In this document: positions 12,840-22,104 of the stretch, one piece after another
Layout: every line of letters starts with the position of its first letter
How positions within the stretch are numbered: the first letter of the stretch is position 1
Source of the DNA: a virus
Taxonomy: Duplodnaviria; Caudoviricetes
DNA: 25,869 bases
Virus record (IMG/VR): IMGVR_UViG_3300044674_000385
Location: 1 to 25,869 of that record
Strand: one strand, 5' to 3'
The notes under the pieces: model-generated
The model's database searches: none
What the model was told of the DNA's origin: nothing
What the model saw: the letters and a program-made list of their open reading frames with translations, nothing else
Program-made: the position numbers and the translations under genes

Positions 12840-15617
12840 TTAGTCTCCTTGTATTGTATATGTCCTTGTTTCTTGTGGAACTGTATACGATCTGGATTCA
12901 CTATGGATCGTAAATGTTCTTGTTTCTGCTGGTACTGTATACACATATTGATCTACGTGTATAATTCTGTAATCAATGCTAGGTGTGAACAACGCACCAA
13001 AGTTAATTACAGCATCAACCTGTTTACCAGCATTGGTTGATTGTGTAAATGTCGCAGATAGATCTGCTTCAAAATCTGTAAATGCTTCAACAGTTATGCT
13101 AGGAGTAAACGCACCACTTAGATCAATGTCAAAGTCACGTATTCTATTTACATCAACTGTTTGTGTAACAGCACTATCAAGGTCTGCTTCTACGCCTTTG
13201 ATTTGATTAGCATCAGTGCTTATTGTAAACGCACTATCTAGATCAGCACGAGCATCTTGGCTACTTGTAGCATTAGCAACAACTGTAACCGCACTAGATT
13301 GTGTACTTTGGCCTTGTTTTATAACACCAACGTCTGCGGAAATAGTTGCTCTACTCGCAAAAGCAAGGCCACCTTGAGCAATAATAATTGGATCAATGCT
13401 AAAGCTGAATATACCATCAAAGCCCATTAGGCCTTGGCCTATTTTGTTGATAGCTGTTAGTTGAGTGTTAAATGCGTCAAAGTCTGCTTCAACATCTCTA
13501 AATCTTTGTGCGTCTGTGCTTTGTGTAAACTGACTGTTTAGTGTTAAACTAATATCAACTGTTTTAGTTGCTGTTGTGCTTTGTGTAAACGCACTGTCTA
13601 GGTCAACGTCACCTGGTCTTATTCTTAGTCCATCTACAGTCTGTGTGAACGCACTGCTCATAGTCTGTTCTGCTAGACCAATAAAGCCACCTGATATGTC
13701 AACACTTAAACTTGCGGCACTTGAAAGATCAGCACTATAGTTTAGTATGAAACTTTCGTCTATGTTTTGTGTAAATGCGGCACTCAAACTTGCTTGTAGT
13801 TGAACGATCTCATTTACATCTGCGGCAAGTGTAAACGCATTGTCTAGTGCTACAAGTGTGTTGCCTATTTTGTTAATTGCTGTAACTTGACTGTTAAACG
13901 CATCAAAGTCAGCACTAAAGTCTACCAAGAAGCCTGTTTCAACACTTAGACTTGCGGCACTGTCTTGTGAACTTGTGTGATCAAATATAGCATTGGCATT
14001 ACAGGTTAGTGTGCCAGCACTTGCTTGTAGTGTAGCAAATTCAAAGATACCACCACCTAGGAAACTTAAACTAAAGGCACTGTCTAAACTTGCGGCACCT
14101 GTTAGTGTTAATCCTGTTTCGTCATTTAATGTCTGTTCAAATTGATGATATAATACTGTATCATCATCGTTTGTTATACTACTGGGTGTACCTGCTACAC
14201 CTGCTGTGCCAACTTTAAATACTACTCTATCAAAAGTAGGTTCGTTGGTTTCAAATTCAGTTGGATACAATGTAAATTGATTATAGGTTCCACCTACTAA
14301 ACTACCTGTATAGGTTGCTGAATCTGCTAAAGTGTTACCACGATACAATTCAAAATCGTTACCATTCCTTCTTAGTGTAACGTTTCCTGTTAAGGTTGTT
14401 AATGATTGGGTATCTCTTAGTTCTAGATATGTGCCATCAGATTTTTGAATCCAAGCCGTTAATTGAGAAAACGTATTGTCAACTCTAGATAAACCTATGT
14501 TAATTTTACCATCAGCATTTGGATATTTCAAAATAGGAGTTGCGGCACCTGAATCTACTATGCTGTTAAATCCGCTACCAAAACTAGCAAAAACTGTGTC
14601 ATTAAAAGTATCAACATTTGTGTCATTCTGACGGAAATACATATTGATATAGAAATCTTGTGATCCCATTGTAATGTTAGAAGTAGTTGCGGCTAAAGCA
14701 CTACCTAAATATACAAGAGGATTGTTAAGTGGTTCAACAGCATAACTGCCATAATAGGCACTTGGTGAAGGTGCTGATACAAATTGTGAACTACCTGTAT
14801 TAGTTGACCAAGAGTTTGTAAAGCCACTATATTGGTATGCTACAAAATTGTTTGGTCTACTAAAGTTAAGAGTCTTTGTTACATATTCAATTGCGTTTGT
14901 AGATTGTGTAGCAACCGCACTGATTGATGTAGAGGCACTTTGTAATTTACCTACTGTTGCTGTTAGTGTTGTTGTGACTGAGTGTGTGTTCTCTGTGAAA
15001 TCAGAGCCACCTATAGATAGTATGCCAGTGACCGCAAGTAATGTAGATGATGTGTTTAGATTTGCTTCAATGCCACGTGTGTAAGTGTCATTGGCTGTTT
15101 GCGTGAATGCTGATGAGAAGGCAGATGCGTGATCAGCAGTTTTGACGCCTTGTAAACTAAGGTTAACAATGTTATTAAGAGTGCTGTCATTATCTCTAAT
15201 TGGAGATACTGTGGCTGTCAATGTAGCACTTGAATCTAGAATCGCTGTTGAATTTAATCTGCCTACTGCTGAGAAACTTGGTGTAAACAACGCACCAAAG
15301 TCAGCTTCTAGTTGTTTGATTCTAAGACCAGTTGTGCTAATTGTGCCAGCACTGCTTAAATTACTGTCGCCTTGGTGTATTCTTGTAGCATCTACACTGA
15401 TAGTTGCTTGTGAACTTAGTGTAGCGTCTGCTTCTGTTACTGCTAGAGCAAAGTAATCTGTTTCAATATATTCAGGAATAAAGTAGCCTGTGTCATCTGC
15501 GACAGCTACTGTGAATGTTGGAGAAAAGGCACCACTAAGGCTTATTTCTGCTTCAGCTACATAACCAAAGTAGTCATCTGCGATATAATCACTTTCAAAA
15601 TAAAATTGGTCAGCCAA
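12840..15617 (-). CDS. 925-aa repetitive tail/fibre protein with an inserted lectin/LamG-like domain
   Basis: TTG start with AGGAG RBS; ~22-23-aa repeats (ADLDSAFTQT.D..RIR) flanking a ~250-aa non-repeat insert (QDFYINMYFR, LRRNGNDFELY, NDDDTVLYHQFE). Confidence 0.7.
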   Translation of the reverse strand: MADQFYFESDYIADDYFGYVAEAEISLSGAFSPTFTVAVADDTGYFIPEYIETDYFALAVTEADATLSSQATISVDATRIHQGDSNLSSAGTISTTGLRIKQLEADFGALFTPSFSAVGRLNSTAILDSSATLTATVSPIRDNDSTLNNIVNLSLQGVKTADHASAFSSAFTQTANDTYTRGIEANLNTSSTLLAVTGILSIGGSDFTENTHSVTTTLTATVGKLQSASTSISAVATQSTNAIEYVTKTLNFSRPNNFVAYQYSGFTNSWSTNTGSSQFVSAPSPSAYYGSYAVEPLNNPLVYLGSALAATTSNITMGSQDFYINMYFRQNDTNVDTFNDTVFASFGSGFNSIVDSGAATPILKYPNADGKINIGLSRVDNTFSQLTAWIQKSDGTYLELRDTQSLTTLTGNVTLRRNGNDFELYRGNTLADSATYTGSLVGGTYNQFTLYPTEFETNEPTFDRVVFKVGTAGVAGTPSSITNDDDTVLYHQFEQTLNDETGLTLTGAASLDSAFSLSFLGGGIFEFATLQASAGTLTCNANAIFDHTSSQDSAASLSVETGFLVDFSADFDAFNSQVTAINKIGNTLVALDNAFTLAADVNEIVQLQASLSAAFTQNIDESFILNYSADLSSAASLSVDISGGFIGLAEQTMSSAFTQTVDGLRIRPGDVDLDSAFTQSTTATKTVDISLTLNSQFTQSTDAQRFRDVEADFDAFNTQLTAINKIGQGLMGFDGIFSFSIDPIIIAQGGLAFASRATISADVGVIKQGQSTQSSAVTVVANATSSQDARADLDSAFTISTDANQIKGVEADLDSAVTQTVDVNRIRDFDIDLSGAFTPSITVEAFTDFEADLSATFTQSTNAGKQVDAVINFGALFTPSIDYRIIHVDQYVYTVPAETRTFTIHSESRSYTVPQETRTYTIQGD

Positions 15618-15626
15618 AGCCTACTC

Positions 15627-17195
15627 CTATTGTGCTGTGTATCTAATTAAGACGATGCCTTTACCGCCGTTGCCGCCTTCATAGGCAGTTCCTGATGAAG
15701 TAGCACCGCCAGTAGATCCTCCTCCACCGCCAGTTCCATCTGTACCACTAGGTGCTTTACTATTACTACTAGCACCATCACCGCCGCCACCTTGACCACC
15801 TGAGCCTACAGTGTTTCCTGAGCGATCAACGCCGCCGCCACCACCGCCACCAAAGTAGCCGTTGTCACCTACGCTTGTTCCAAAGTATGGTGAAGCATCA
15901 TAACCTATGCCGCCGTTGCCTCCACCACTTGATGTAGCATTGGCTCCGTTGCCTCCAGCACCACCACCGCCACCACCGTGACCGTCAGTGCTACCGCCAT
16001 AACCATCGCCACCTGCGTATGCTGTGCCTGTAGAACTAGCTCCTGATTGACCAGTGACTGATTGGCGACCATAGCCACCACCGCCACCGCCTCCAGAACT
16101 ACTAGGTGCGTAGTTATTATAAACGTGTCCGCCGTGGCCACCGCCTCCAGCTGTGTAACCAAATGCTGTTGTGTCATCGCCATTTTGTGACGGACCAGTT
16201 GAGGTTCTAAAAGTAACTTTACCACCTCTTCCTCCATCACCAATGGTGATTGAATAACCTGTGCCGTTTGTTACAGATACTGAACTTTGATAGAGGACTT
16301 CTCCTCCACCACCAGCACCACCTGAGTTGTAGTAGCTGTTGTGTTTGGATTCACCACCTCCACCACCTCCAACTAGGAGAACATCTAGGTTACCATCTGC
16401 GATAGCAGTAAATGTACCATTACTAGTAAATTCGTGAATTCTATATTCTGTTGCTCCAGCATTGTATTGGAATACATTGTTACCGCCTGTGCCTAGTGCG
16501 TTAAATGTATCATCTTCAAAAGTTGTAGATCCATCTGTGCCATTACAGTGTAGTAACATTAAGGTATCTGTGTCATTGGCAAATTCACCACTTGGAACTG
16601 TAAATCCAGCTGTGTATCTTGCTGTTGATGAAACACGAACTTCATCTATATTTCCTATAAATCCATTAGAACCTGAACTGTCTTGAGCACCTACCACAGA
16701 GTTTTGACTTTGTTGAATGCTTGGTGAACCTGTTCCTGATCCGTCTTCAGTTCCATCAATATAAATTTTGAAACTTGATCCGTTTCTTACCCAAGCAATA
16801 TGTTGCCAAGTGCTTGAAGATAGTGTGCCTGTTGAAGTAAAACTTGGACCGCCATTAATAAACAATCCTACTTGTCCTGATCCGTTCATATACATTGTAG
16901 TTCTACCTGAACTACCTGCTGAATATTGTGAAAAGAAATAGTCTACAGCACCAATTGAAGTAGGATATACCCACATCTCAACAGTCCAATCATCAGTTGC
17001 TGGTAGTATTGGTGTATCCAATAGAAGAGCATCACCAGTGCCATCAAATAAACCACTAGCACCACCAAATTTAGAAATTGCTGTGTCTACTTGTGCGTCA
17101 CCATATGCTGTAACAGTTACTGGTTCTCTACCAGTATCTCCTGCTACTGTTCCAGGGTTAGCTAATGATAAAAGTCTAGTTGCTCCTAATGGCAT
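15627..17195 (-). CDS. Tail fibre/receptor-binding protein: LamG (ConA-like) plus glycine-rich domain
   Basis: SKFGGASGLFDGTGD, DWTVEMWVYP, WQHIAWVRNG, GNIDEVRVS, then HEFTSNGTF...VLLVGGGGGG...GGNGGKGIVLIRY. Confidence 0.85.
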   Translation of the reverse strand: MPLGATRLLSLANPGTVAGDTGREPVTVTAYGDAQVDTAISKFGGASGLFDGTGDALLLDTPILPATDDWTVEMWVYPTSIGAVDYFFSQYSAGSSGRTTMYMNGSGQVGLFINGGPSFTSTGTLSSSTWQHIAWVRNGSSFKIYIDGTEDGSGTGSPSIQQSQNSVVGAQDSSGSNGFIGNIDEVRVSSTARYTAGFTVPSGEFANDTDTLMLLHCNGTDGSTTFEDDTFNALGTGGNNVFQYNAGATEYRIHEFTSNGTFTAIADGNLDVLLVGGGGGGESKHNSYYNSGGAGGGGEVLYQSSVSVTNGTGYSITIGDGGRGGKVTFRTSTGPSQNGDDTTAFGYTAGGGGHGGHVYNNYAPSSSGGGGGGGYGRQSVTGQSGASSTGTAYAGGDGYGGSTDGHGGGGGGAGGNGANATSSGGGNGGIGYDASPYFGTSVGDNGYFGGGGGGGVDRSGNTVGSGGQGGGGDGASSNSKAPSGTDGTGGGGGSTGGATSSGTAYEGGNGGKGIVLIRYTAQ

Positions 17196-17204
17196 TGATT
17201 ACTC

Positions 17205-17825
17205 CTACGCAAAACCAGTAGCTAATGAAGCATAATATGTACTTCCGTCATACAACACTGTCATAATATCTACTGCTGAATTTGTGTTAGATAATGTGTT
17301 ATCTGTCGCAAAAGCCATTGTAGAAGTTAGTGTATGTGGGCCGCCTGATGTTGGTTGTTTAATGATTAAGGTCATAGATTGACCTGCTTCTGCGTTAGCA
17401 AAAGCGTTAAATGTAATACTTCCTGATAGTGTAATTGATTGAACATTGCCGTTAGCAACATCAGGTGTAATAGTGCCTGTTGTTGAACCGCCAGTATACA
17501 CAGTTTCTTTGTAATTTTCTAATTGAACATCTTGAACTGTGTTTGCTTGTCCATCAAGTGTGCCGCCAAGTTGTGGTGTTGTATCTTCAACAACATTTGA
17601 AATACCACCTGCCGCCGCGGCCTGTAATTCTAAATTTCCTGATGTAGAATTATATGTTAGAACATAACCATTGGTTAATGAACTAATATCAACATCACTC
17701 AAATCGCCAATAGATTCACTGTTGATGTTTTCTAATTTGTCTGTATTTAGATTACTGAAGTTAGCATCACCTTCAGCAAATGTTAAAGCACTGCCTTTGG
17801 TGCTTCTTAAAACTATTGTGCTCAT
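17205..17825 (-). CDS. Tail fibre-like protein
   Basis: MSTIVLRSTKGSALTFAEGDANFSNLN N-terminus, LSDVDI repeat, DTTPQLGGTLD, C-terminal beta domain; AAGGAGG RBS. Confidence 0.7.
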   Translation of the reverse strand: MSTIVLRSTKGSALTFAEGDANFSNLNTDKLENINSESIGDLSDVDISSLTNGYVLTYNSTSGNLELQAAAAGGISNVVEDTTPQLGGTLDGQANTVQDVQLENYKETVYTGGSTTGTITPDVANGNVQSITLSGSITFNAFANAEAGQSMTLIIKQPTSGGPHTLTSTMAFATDNTLSNTNSAVDIMTVLYDGSTYYASLATGFA

Positions 17826-17844
17826 TGAGTCCTCCTTCTAAGTT

Positions 17845-17876
17845 AAAAGAGGGTGCCCCTACCTGAGAGACACCCT
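17845..17876 (-). terminator. Hairpin/weak Rho-independent terminator
   Basis: AGGGTGTCTCT-CAGGT-AGGGGCACCCT then CTTTT; short U tail suggests partial read-through. Confidence 0.65.
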
Positions 17877-17882
17877 ACTAAA

Positions 17883-18296
17883 TTATGCTAGGCTAATTGT
17901 TAAGTTGCCTGCTGAAACCTGGAATGTGTCACCAGATTCAATTGTCTTAGAAGTTGTCACAGCACCGTGGAATAACACGTTACCGCCAGTTGAAGCATCC
18001 ATTACTGCTACGTGAGTAATAGTTCCCCAGTTAGCAGTTGCCGCTGGAAATGTAATAGTTTGTGTGTTAGATGTTGAACCGCCTGAAGCAGTGTCAAAAG
18101 CACCTGATGCTGAATCAACGTCAATGTCTTGACGAGCATATGAACCACCTGAAACTTCAGATGTAATTGTGCCTGATTCTAGGCCATCGTCAGCTGTCCA
18201 TAAACCTAGGTATAGGTTAGTTGGCTGAGTAAATGCTGTGTTGTTAAGTACGTGATCTAGTACTTTGTTTTCTAAATAATCGCTTGCCGCACTCAT
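17883..18296 (-). CDS. Abundant tail fibre/decoration-type structural protein
   Basis: Start ATG 18296 with AAGGAG RBS (137 aa); SDYLENKVLDHVL...YLGLWT...EVSGGSYARQ...FPAATANWGTITH...GDTFQVSAGNL; has its own promoter and terminator. Confidence 0.75.
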   Translation of the reverse strand: MSAASDYLENKVLDHVLNNTAFTQPTNLYLGLWTADDGLESGTITSEVSGGSYARQDIDVDSASGAFDTASGGSTSNTQTITFPAATANWGTITHVAVMDASTGGNVLFHGAVTTSKTIESGDTFQVSAGNLTISLA

Positions 18297-18369
18297 AGTA
18301 TTCTCCTTATCATTAGATTGTCTGAGTTCATTATAAACGACAGACAATCAAATGTTGTCTGTTCAATAG

Positions 18370-18375
18370 TATTTA
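18370..18375 (-). promoter_or_regulatory. T4-like late promoter core TAAATA (fibre operon) with phased upstream T-tracts
   Basis: ACTAAATAC; homopolymer tracts at 18387-93, 18398-404 and 18409-14 (11-bp period). Confidence 0.7.
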
Positions 18376-18416
18376 GTCGTAAACGTAAAAAAACGTCAAA
18401 AAAAGGCGAAAAAAGA

Positions 18417-20276
18417 TCAATCCCAGTATCCTGTAAATGTAGATACTGTGCCTGTTAATAATGTATCTCCACCACTAGGTAAAGGATCAAAACTTGTTAT
18501 AACATCAATTTGAGCACCGCCAGCACCTGTAACATTATCAATGTTTACTGTTGAGTCTATGCTTAATGCCGCACTGCTTTCACCTGGATTAGTTACACTA
18601 ATAGCAGTTGGCACTGCCGTTCCACCCACTGGTGCTCTTGGTAGTAATGCGTATTTTTTAACAGCAATGCTTTTTAGGTATTGTGTATCAGCGTCAAATG
18701 TTCCGCACCAAATTACAGGAACACTTACATAGTCGCATTCAAAGTCACCTGGTTTAGATACACTTGGTGGTATTGGTCCTGTTGTGTCATTGTTAGCAAC
18801 TTGTATGGTAACACTGTTGCTACTAACACCACAATAATCTGTAGGTTCACCTGTGTATGTAAATGTTACTACAAGATCTTCATCTTCATTATAGGTGCTG
18901 TTATCTGTGGTAACAATTGATCCTAAACTACCTGCGTTTGAAGTAATAGTAACAGTGCCAGTTAGTGCTGGCGAACTTACTTTACCACTAGCTGATCCTG
19001 TGATAGCATAGTTTATTGTGTCAGCATCATCAATACCTACAGTAGTAATATCTACACTTGTTACAGTATCTCCTTCTGTAATGCTTGTAGAACTAGCAGT
19101 TATACTAGCCGCATATTTGGTAGGAGCAGGAGATACATCATAACTTGTTGAGTTATCTCCTAGGTTTACTTGTATAGTTTTTTGTTCAGTAACAGTTGGT
19201 GTAAATGATAAACTGGCTGAATTGCCTATTGATTTGACTGTGCCTGAAAGAGGTATGTTAACTTCACTAGCAGTACATCCACTAATACTGTAATTGTAGG
19301 TATAGTCTGGAGTGTTGATAAAACATACTTCACAATCGTGTTGTGCTGTTAGTGTAATTGGTGTGCCACTACAAATAGTTGTATCAGCTGGTTCGTCGTG
19401 TGTTAGACTTGGAATCTTAGCACCTGCTTCCATTAATTCTTGGGTAGCATCGTCAGCAAATTTTAGTTCTTGTTGATTTGTTTCTGTGCCTTCATCACTT
19501 GTTAAGAAACTTCTTAACAAACCTAAACCTAGATTGGCCGCAAGTAATCTTCCCATTTGATTACCAAACGCAAAATCATCTTTTGCGTCAATGTCAGTGT
19601 TGAATACTTTAGATTTGATGCCTGTAAAATTGCTACGATATTCATATGTCAAACCAGTGTCAGTAAAAATGTTGGCATCATATTCTTGAGCAATAACACT
19701 GAAGATTAAATTGCCGTCATCAGTATCTTCTTCATCAACTTGTATAACTCTAAATAATTTGTTAGTAAAATCTAGAGCATTGTTTGTTACGTCAATTAGA
19801 TCGCCTGCCCTCAACGCATTAGCTTCAAAGTTTGCTCTAAATTCAATAATTTTATCTAGTCTACTTTGTTTTAGTTCTCTACTGGCAATAAACTTTGCCT
19901 GTGTAGGATCATTAACAGTAGGTAATTCAATTTGTAATTGGTTGTCTAGTTCTTGCGGGAATCTATCTGCTGTAGCAATGTTTAAAACTATAACATCTGT
20001 TGTGTCTCTTGTATCTCTGTTAGGAAATGTAACTTGAACACTGTTATACATTTCATTAACACCACTACCACTAAGACTTATTTCTCCAATAATATTATCA
20101 TCATCAAAACTTTTAGTGCTAGAACCAGTTGTGTTTAGAATAACGCTCCATTGACCTAGACTAGGATCCCAAGTTAAGAAACAACTACCACTTGTTGCTA
20201 TTTGATCTATATTAGCAAGAACATTGTTGCTTGTATCAATTATACCGTTAATTCTAGATTTATTATTAGTAGCCAT
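18417..20276 (-). CDS. Tail tip/central hub protein (gpJ-like, C-terminal part) with Ig/Calx-beta-like domains
   Basis: RINGIIDT, FDDDNIIGEISL, YNSVQVTFP, LRAGDLIDVT, KLFRVIQV, AQEYD; ITASSTSITEGD in the C-terminal half. Confidence 0.75.
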   Translation of the reverse strand: MATNNKSRINGIIDTSNNVLANIDQIATSGSCFLTWDPSLGQWSVILNTTGSSTKSFDDDNIIGEISLSGSGVNEMYNSVQVTFPNRDTRDTTDVIVLNIATADRFPQELDNQLQIELPTVNDPTQAKFIASRELKQSRLDKIIEFRANFEANALRAGDLIDVTNNALDFTNKLFRVIQVDEEDTDDGNLIFSVIAQEYDANIFTDTGLTYEYRSNFTGIKSKVFNTDIDAKDDFAFGNQMGRLLAANLGLGLLRSFLTSDEGTETNQQELKFADDATQELMEAGAKIPSLTHDEPADTTICSGTPITLTAQHDCEVCFINTPDYTYNYSISGCTASEVNIPLSGTVKSIGNSASLSFTPTVTEQKTIQVNLGDNSTSYDVSPAPTKYAASITASSTSITEGDTVTSVDITTVGIDDADTINYAITGSASGKVSSPALTGTVTITSNAGSLGSIVTTDNSTYNEDEDLVVTFTYTGEPTDYCGVSSNSVTIQVANNDTTGPIPPSVSKPGDFECDYVSVPVIWCGTFDADTQYLKSIAVKKYALLPRAPVGGTAVPTAISVTNPGESSAALSIDSTVNIDNVTGAGGAQIDVITSFDPLPSGGDTLLTGTVSTFTGYWD

Positions 20277-20280
20277 CTGT

Positions 20281-22104
20281 TTATCCTATATCATACCAAT
20301 ATATTTTGGTACCTCTTTCTGTTGTTGCGTCACCTACAACTAATTTATCTGTGCCATCAAAAGCAAACATACCACCAAAACGTGGATAGTAACTAGGTGG
20401 TGTTGCTTCATCACTTAAGGCATCTGGCGGATAAATTTTCTTGCCTGTAATTTGTGTTGCTGTGCTTGGATCATATATCCAAACTCTTCCATTTACATTT
20501 GTTTTTACACTGGTCATTGAACTTATAAACAGATAATCGTCTGTCATAGTCATATGTCTACCAAATTCTGTGTCACCAGTAACTGGGCTACTCATACTAG
20601 GAGGAGATGGTATATTTCCTATTAGAACTCCTGTTGATTTGTTGTAAACCCAAACTTGTCCATCTCCATCATCTGAGTATGAAGCAACTGCTACATAACT
20701 ACTGCTGATTGCCACACTGCTACCAAACCCTGCGTCAAATAAATTAGCAGGTGTAGTTGTTTGTGTTAGAGTGTGTCTTAGAGTAGATCCTTGGTATACA
20801 TATGCTTTGTTTTGTCTAGGAGCTCCTGCTACAAACCATCCGTCATATGCGGCTAACATATTTTGTGGATTGTTGTTATCAACTAGATCTGTTTGTGTAA
20901 CACTAAATCCTAAAGTGCCAGCATCACAATCAACATAGTGTACTGTGTCAGTGCCTGGAGCACTTACTACTACAATGTCATTGGCATAGTCATATACTTC
21001 TACTTCAAATCCAAAATATTCATTTCCTGTAGTTGTTGGATTTATTGATCTTTGGTGAACACCGCTTTTATTAAACACGTGAACAACACCATCTGAGAAT
21101 GAATCAACATCTTCTTGTGGTGACCCTACTACTAGGTAATTGTCTGTTATTGCTACCGCAGTACCAAAGTTAGCATTAGCTTCAGGAGTAGGATTTGCTA
21201 CAAGTAAAACTTCATCTAAACTTGTATCATAAACATATGCTACACCAGAATTTGATAAAGGAGTTGGAGGAGGATCGTCAGATAGTTCTCCAACAAAGTC
21301 ATCTTCATTTCTTGCTCCCATCAACACTTTTGTTCCATCGTATGCTAAATCTGTCACAAAATGGTCAACAGCATCTGTAGGATCACGTTGCGGATTAGCT
21401 AAAGTTAGATATGGTGCTAACGCTTGTGGTGTTACTGCTCCTGCTTCACTTATGGTAGCAACACTTGAAAGCGTTGCCGCAGGGCTTACATAATCTACTC
21501 TAGATTGTGCTATTATACTGCCTCTTGCTACTAACAAAATACCAGTAGTATCTGGTAACATTGAAGCAACCATTGGCAGACTTAAATTAGCACTACCAAA
21601 TACTTTTGTAGCTTGACAAGTTAAAGTAGCAACTGCTTCGCAAATTGTTTCAGGAATGTATAAACCTACTTGCCAACTTTTGGTTTTTGGAGTACTGTTG
21701 TTTGTGTAATTTATTGAACTGTCATAAAAGAAACTACCAAAAAAAGTGCTAGGCACTGTAATAGTTGGTGCCGCTACTTGATCCCAAATATCTCTGCTGT
21801 CTATACCATCTATTGTATAAACTTGATTATAGATACTTACACTACAACCACTTGGCACAACACTCCAAGTAACAGTTGCTCCTGGCACAGCACTAACATC
21901 AATGCTGTAACTACATCTTGCTTCAGCTGGTTTAATCACTTCAATAATATCTATTGTTCTTTCCGCTGAGAAAGATTGAGCTGTAATTGTTTTATTAATA
22001 TCTCTTGCTGTAGGAAAACTAAACAACACATCACTAGGTCTGTTATCTGTAAATGTAAAAGTGCCGTCGCTAAAATTGTTTAATTCTAATAATGTTGTTG
22101 TCAT
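20281..22104 (-). CDS. Tail protein with FG-GAP-like beta-propeller
   Basis: Repeats FGTAVAI...VVGSP, FGFEVEV...VVSAP, FGSSVAIS, FGRHM, with SGVAYVY/GVVHVF/GQVWVY/GRVWIY. Confidence 0.8.
   Translation of the reverse strand: MTTTLLELNNFSDGTFTFTDNRPSDVLFSFPTARDINKTITAQSFSAERTIDIIEVIKPAEARCSYSIDVSAVPGATVTWSVVPSGCSVSIYNQVYTIDGIDSRDIWDQVAAPTITVPSTFFGSFFYDSSINYTNNSTPKTKSWQVGLYIPETICEAVATLTCQATKVFGSANLSLPMVASMLPDTTGILLVARGSIIAQSRVDYVSPAATLSSVATISEAGAVTPQALAPYLTLANPQRDPTDAVDHFVTDLAYDGTKVLMGARNEDDFVGELSDDPPPTPLSNSGVAYVYDTSLDEVLLVANPTPEANANFGTAVAITDNYLVVGSPQEDVDSFSDGVVHVFNKSGVHQRSINPTTTGNEYFGFEVEVYDYANDIVVVSAPGTDTVHYVDCDAGTLGFSVTQTDLVDNNNPQNMLAAYDGWFVAGAPRQNKAYVYQGSTLRHTLTQTTTPANLFDAGFGSSVAISSSYVAVASYSDDGDGQVWVYNKSTGVLIGNIPSPPSMSSPVTGDTEFGRHMTMTDDYLFISSMTSVKTNVNGRVWIYDPSTATQITGKKIYPPDALSDEATPPSYYPRFGGMFAFDGTDKLVVGDATTERGTKIYWYDIG

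Noticed and set aside
7278-16243. Nested - strand ORFs 7278-7517 and 15905-16243
   Set aside because: Alternative frames inside terL and the Gly-rich domain, explained by codon bias; no RBS or motif
12840-17195. Diversity-generating retroelement or invertible fibre cassette
   Set aside because: No reverse transcriptase or recombinase; the repeats are degenerate protein-level repeats, not adenine-specific TR/VR pairs
7847-18347. Track start positions 8413, 9077, 10604, 10725, 12946 and 18347
   Set aside because: These extend into upstream genes or leaders; downstream starts with RBSs (8203, 9029, 10526, 10701, 12838, 18296) fit better
1543-18375. TAAATA as an archaeal TATA box (archaeal virus)
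   Set aside because: Spacing to start codons is as short as 5 nt, incompatible with a TATA box at about -27; consensus sigma70 promoters, SD sequences and hairpin-U terminators indicate a bacterial host
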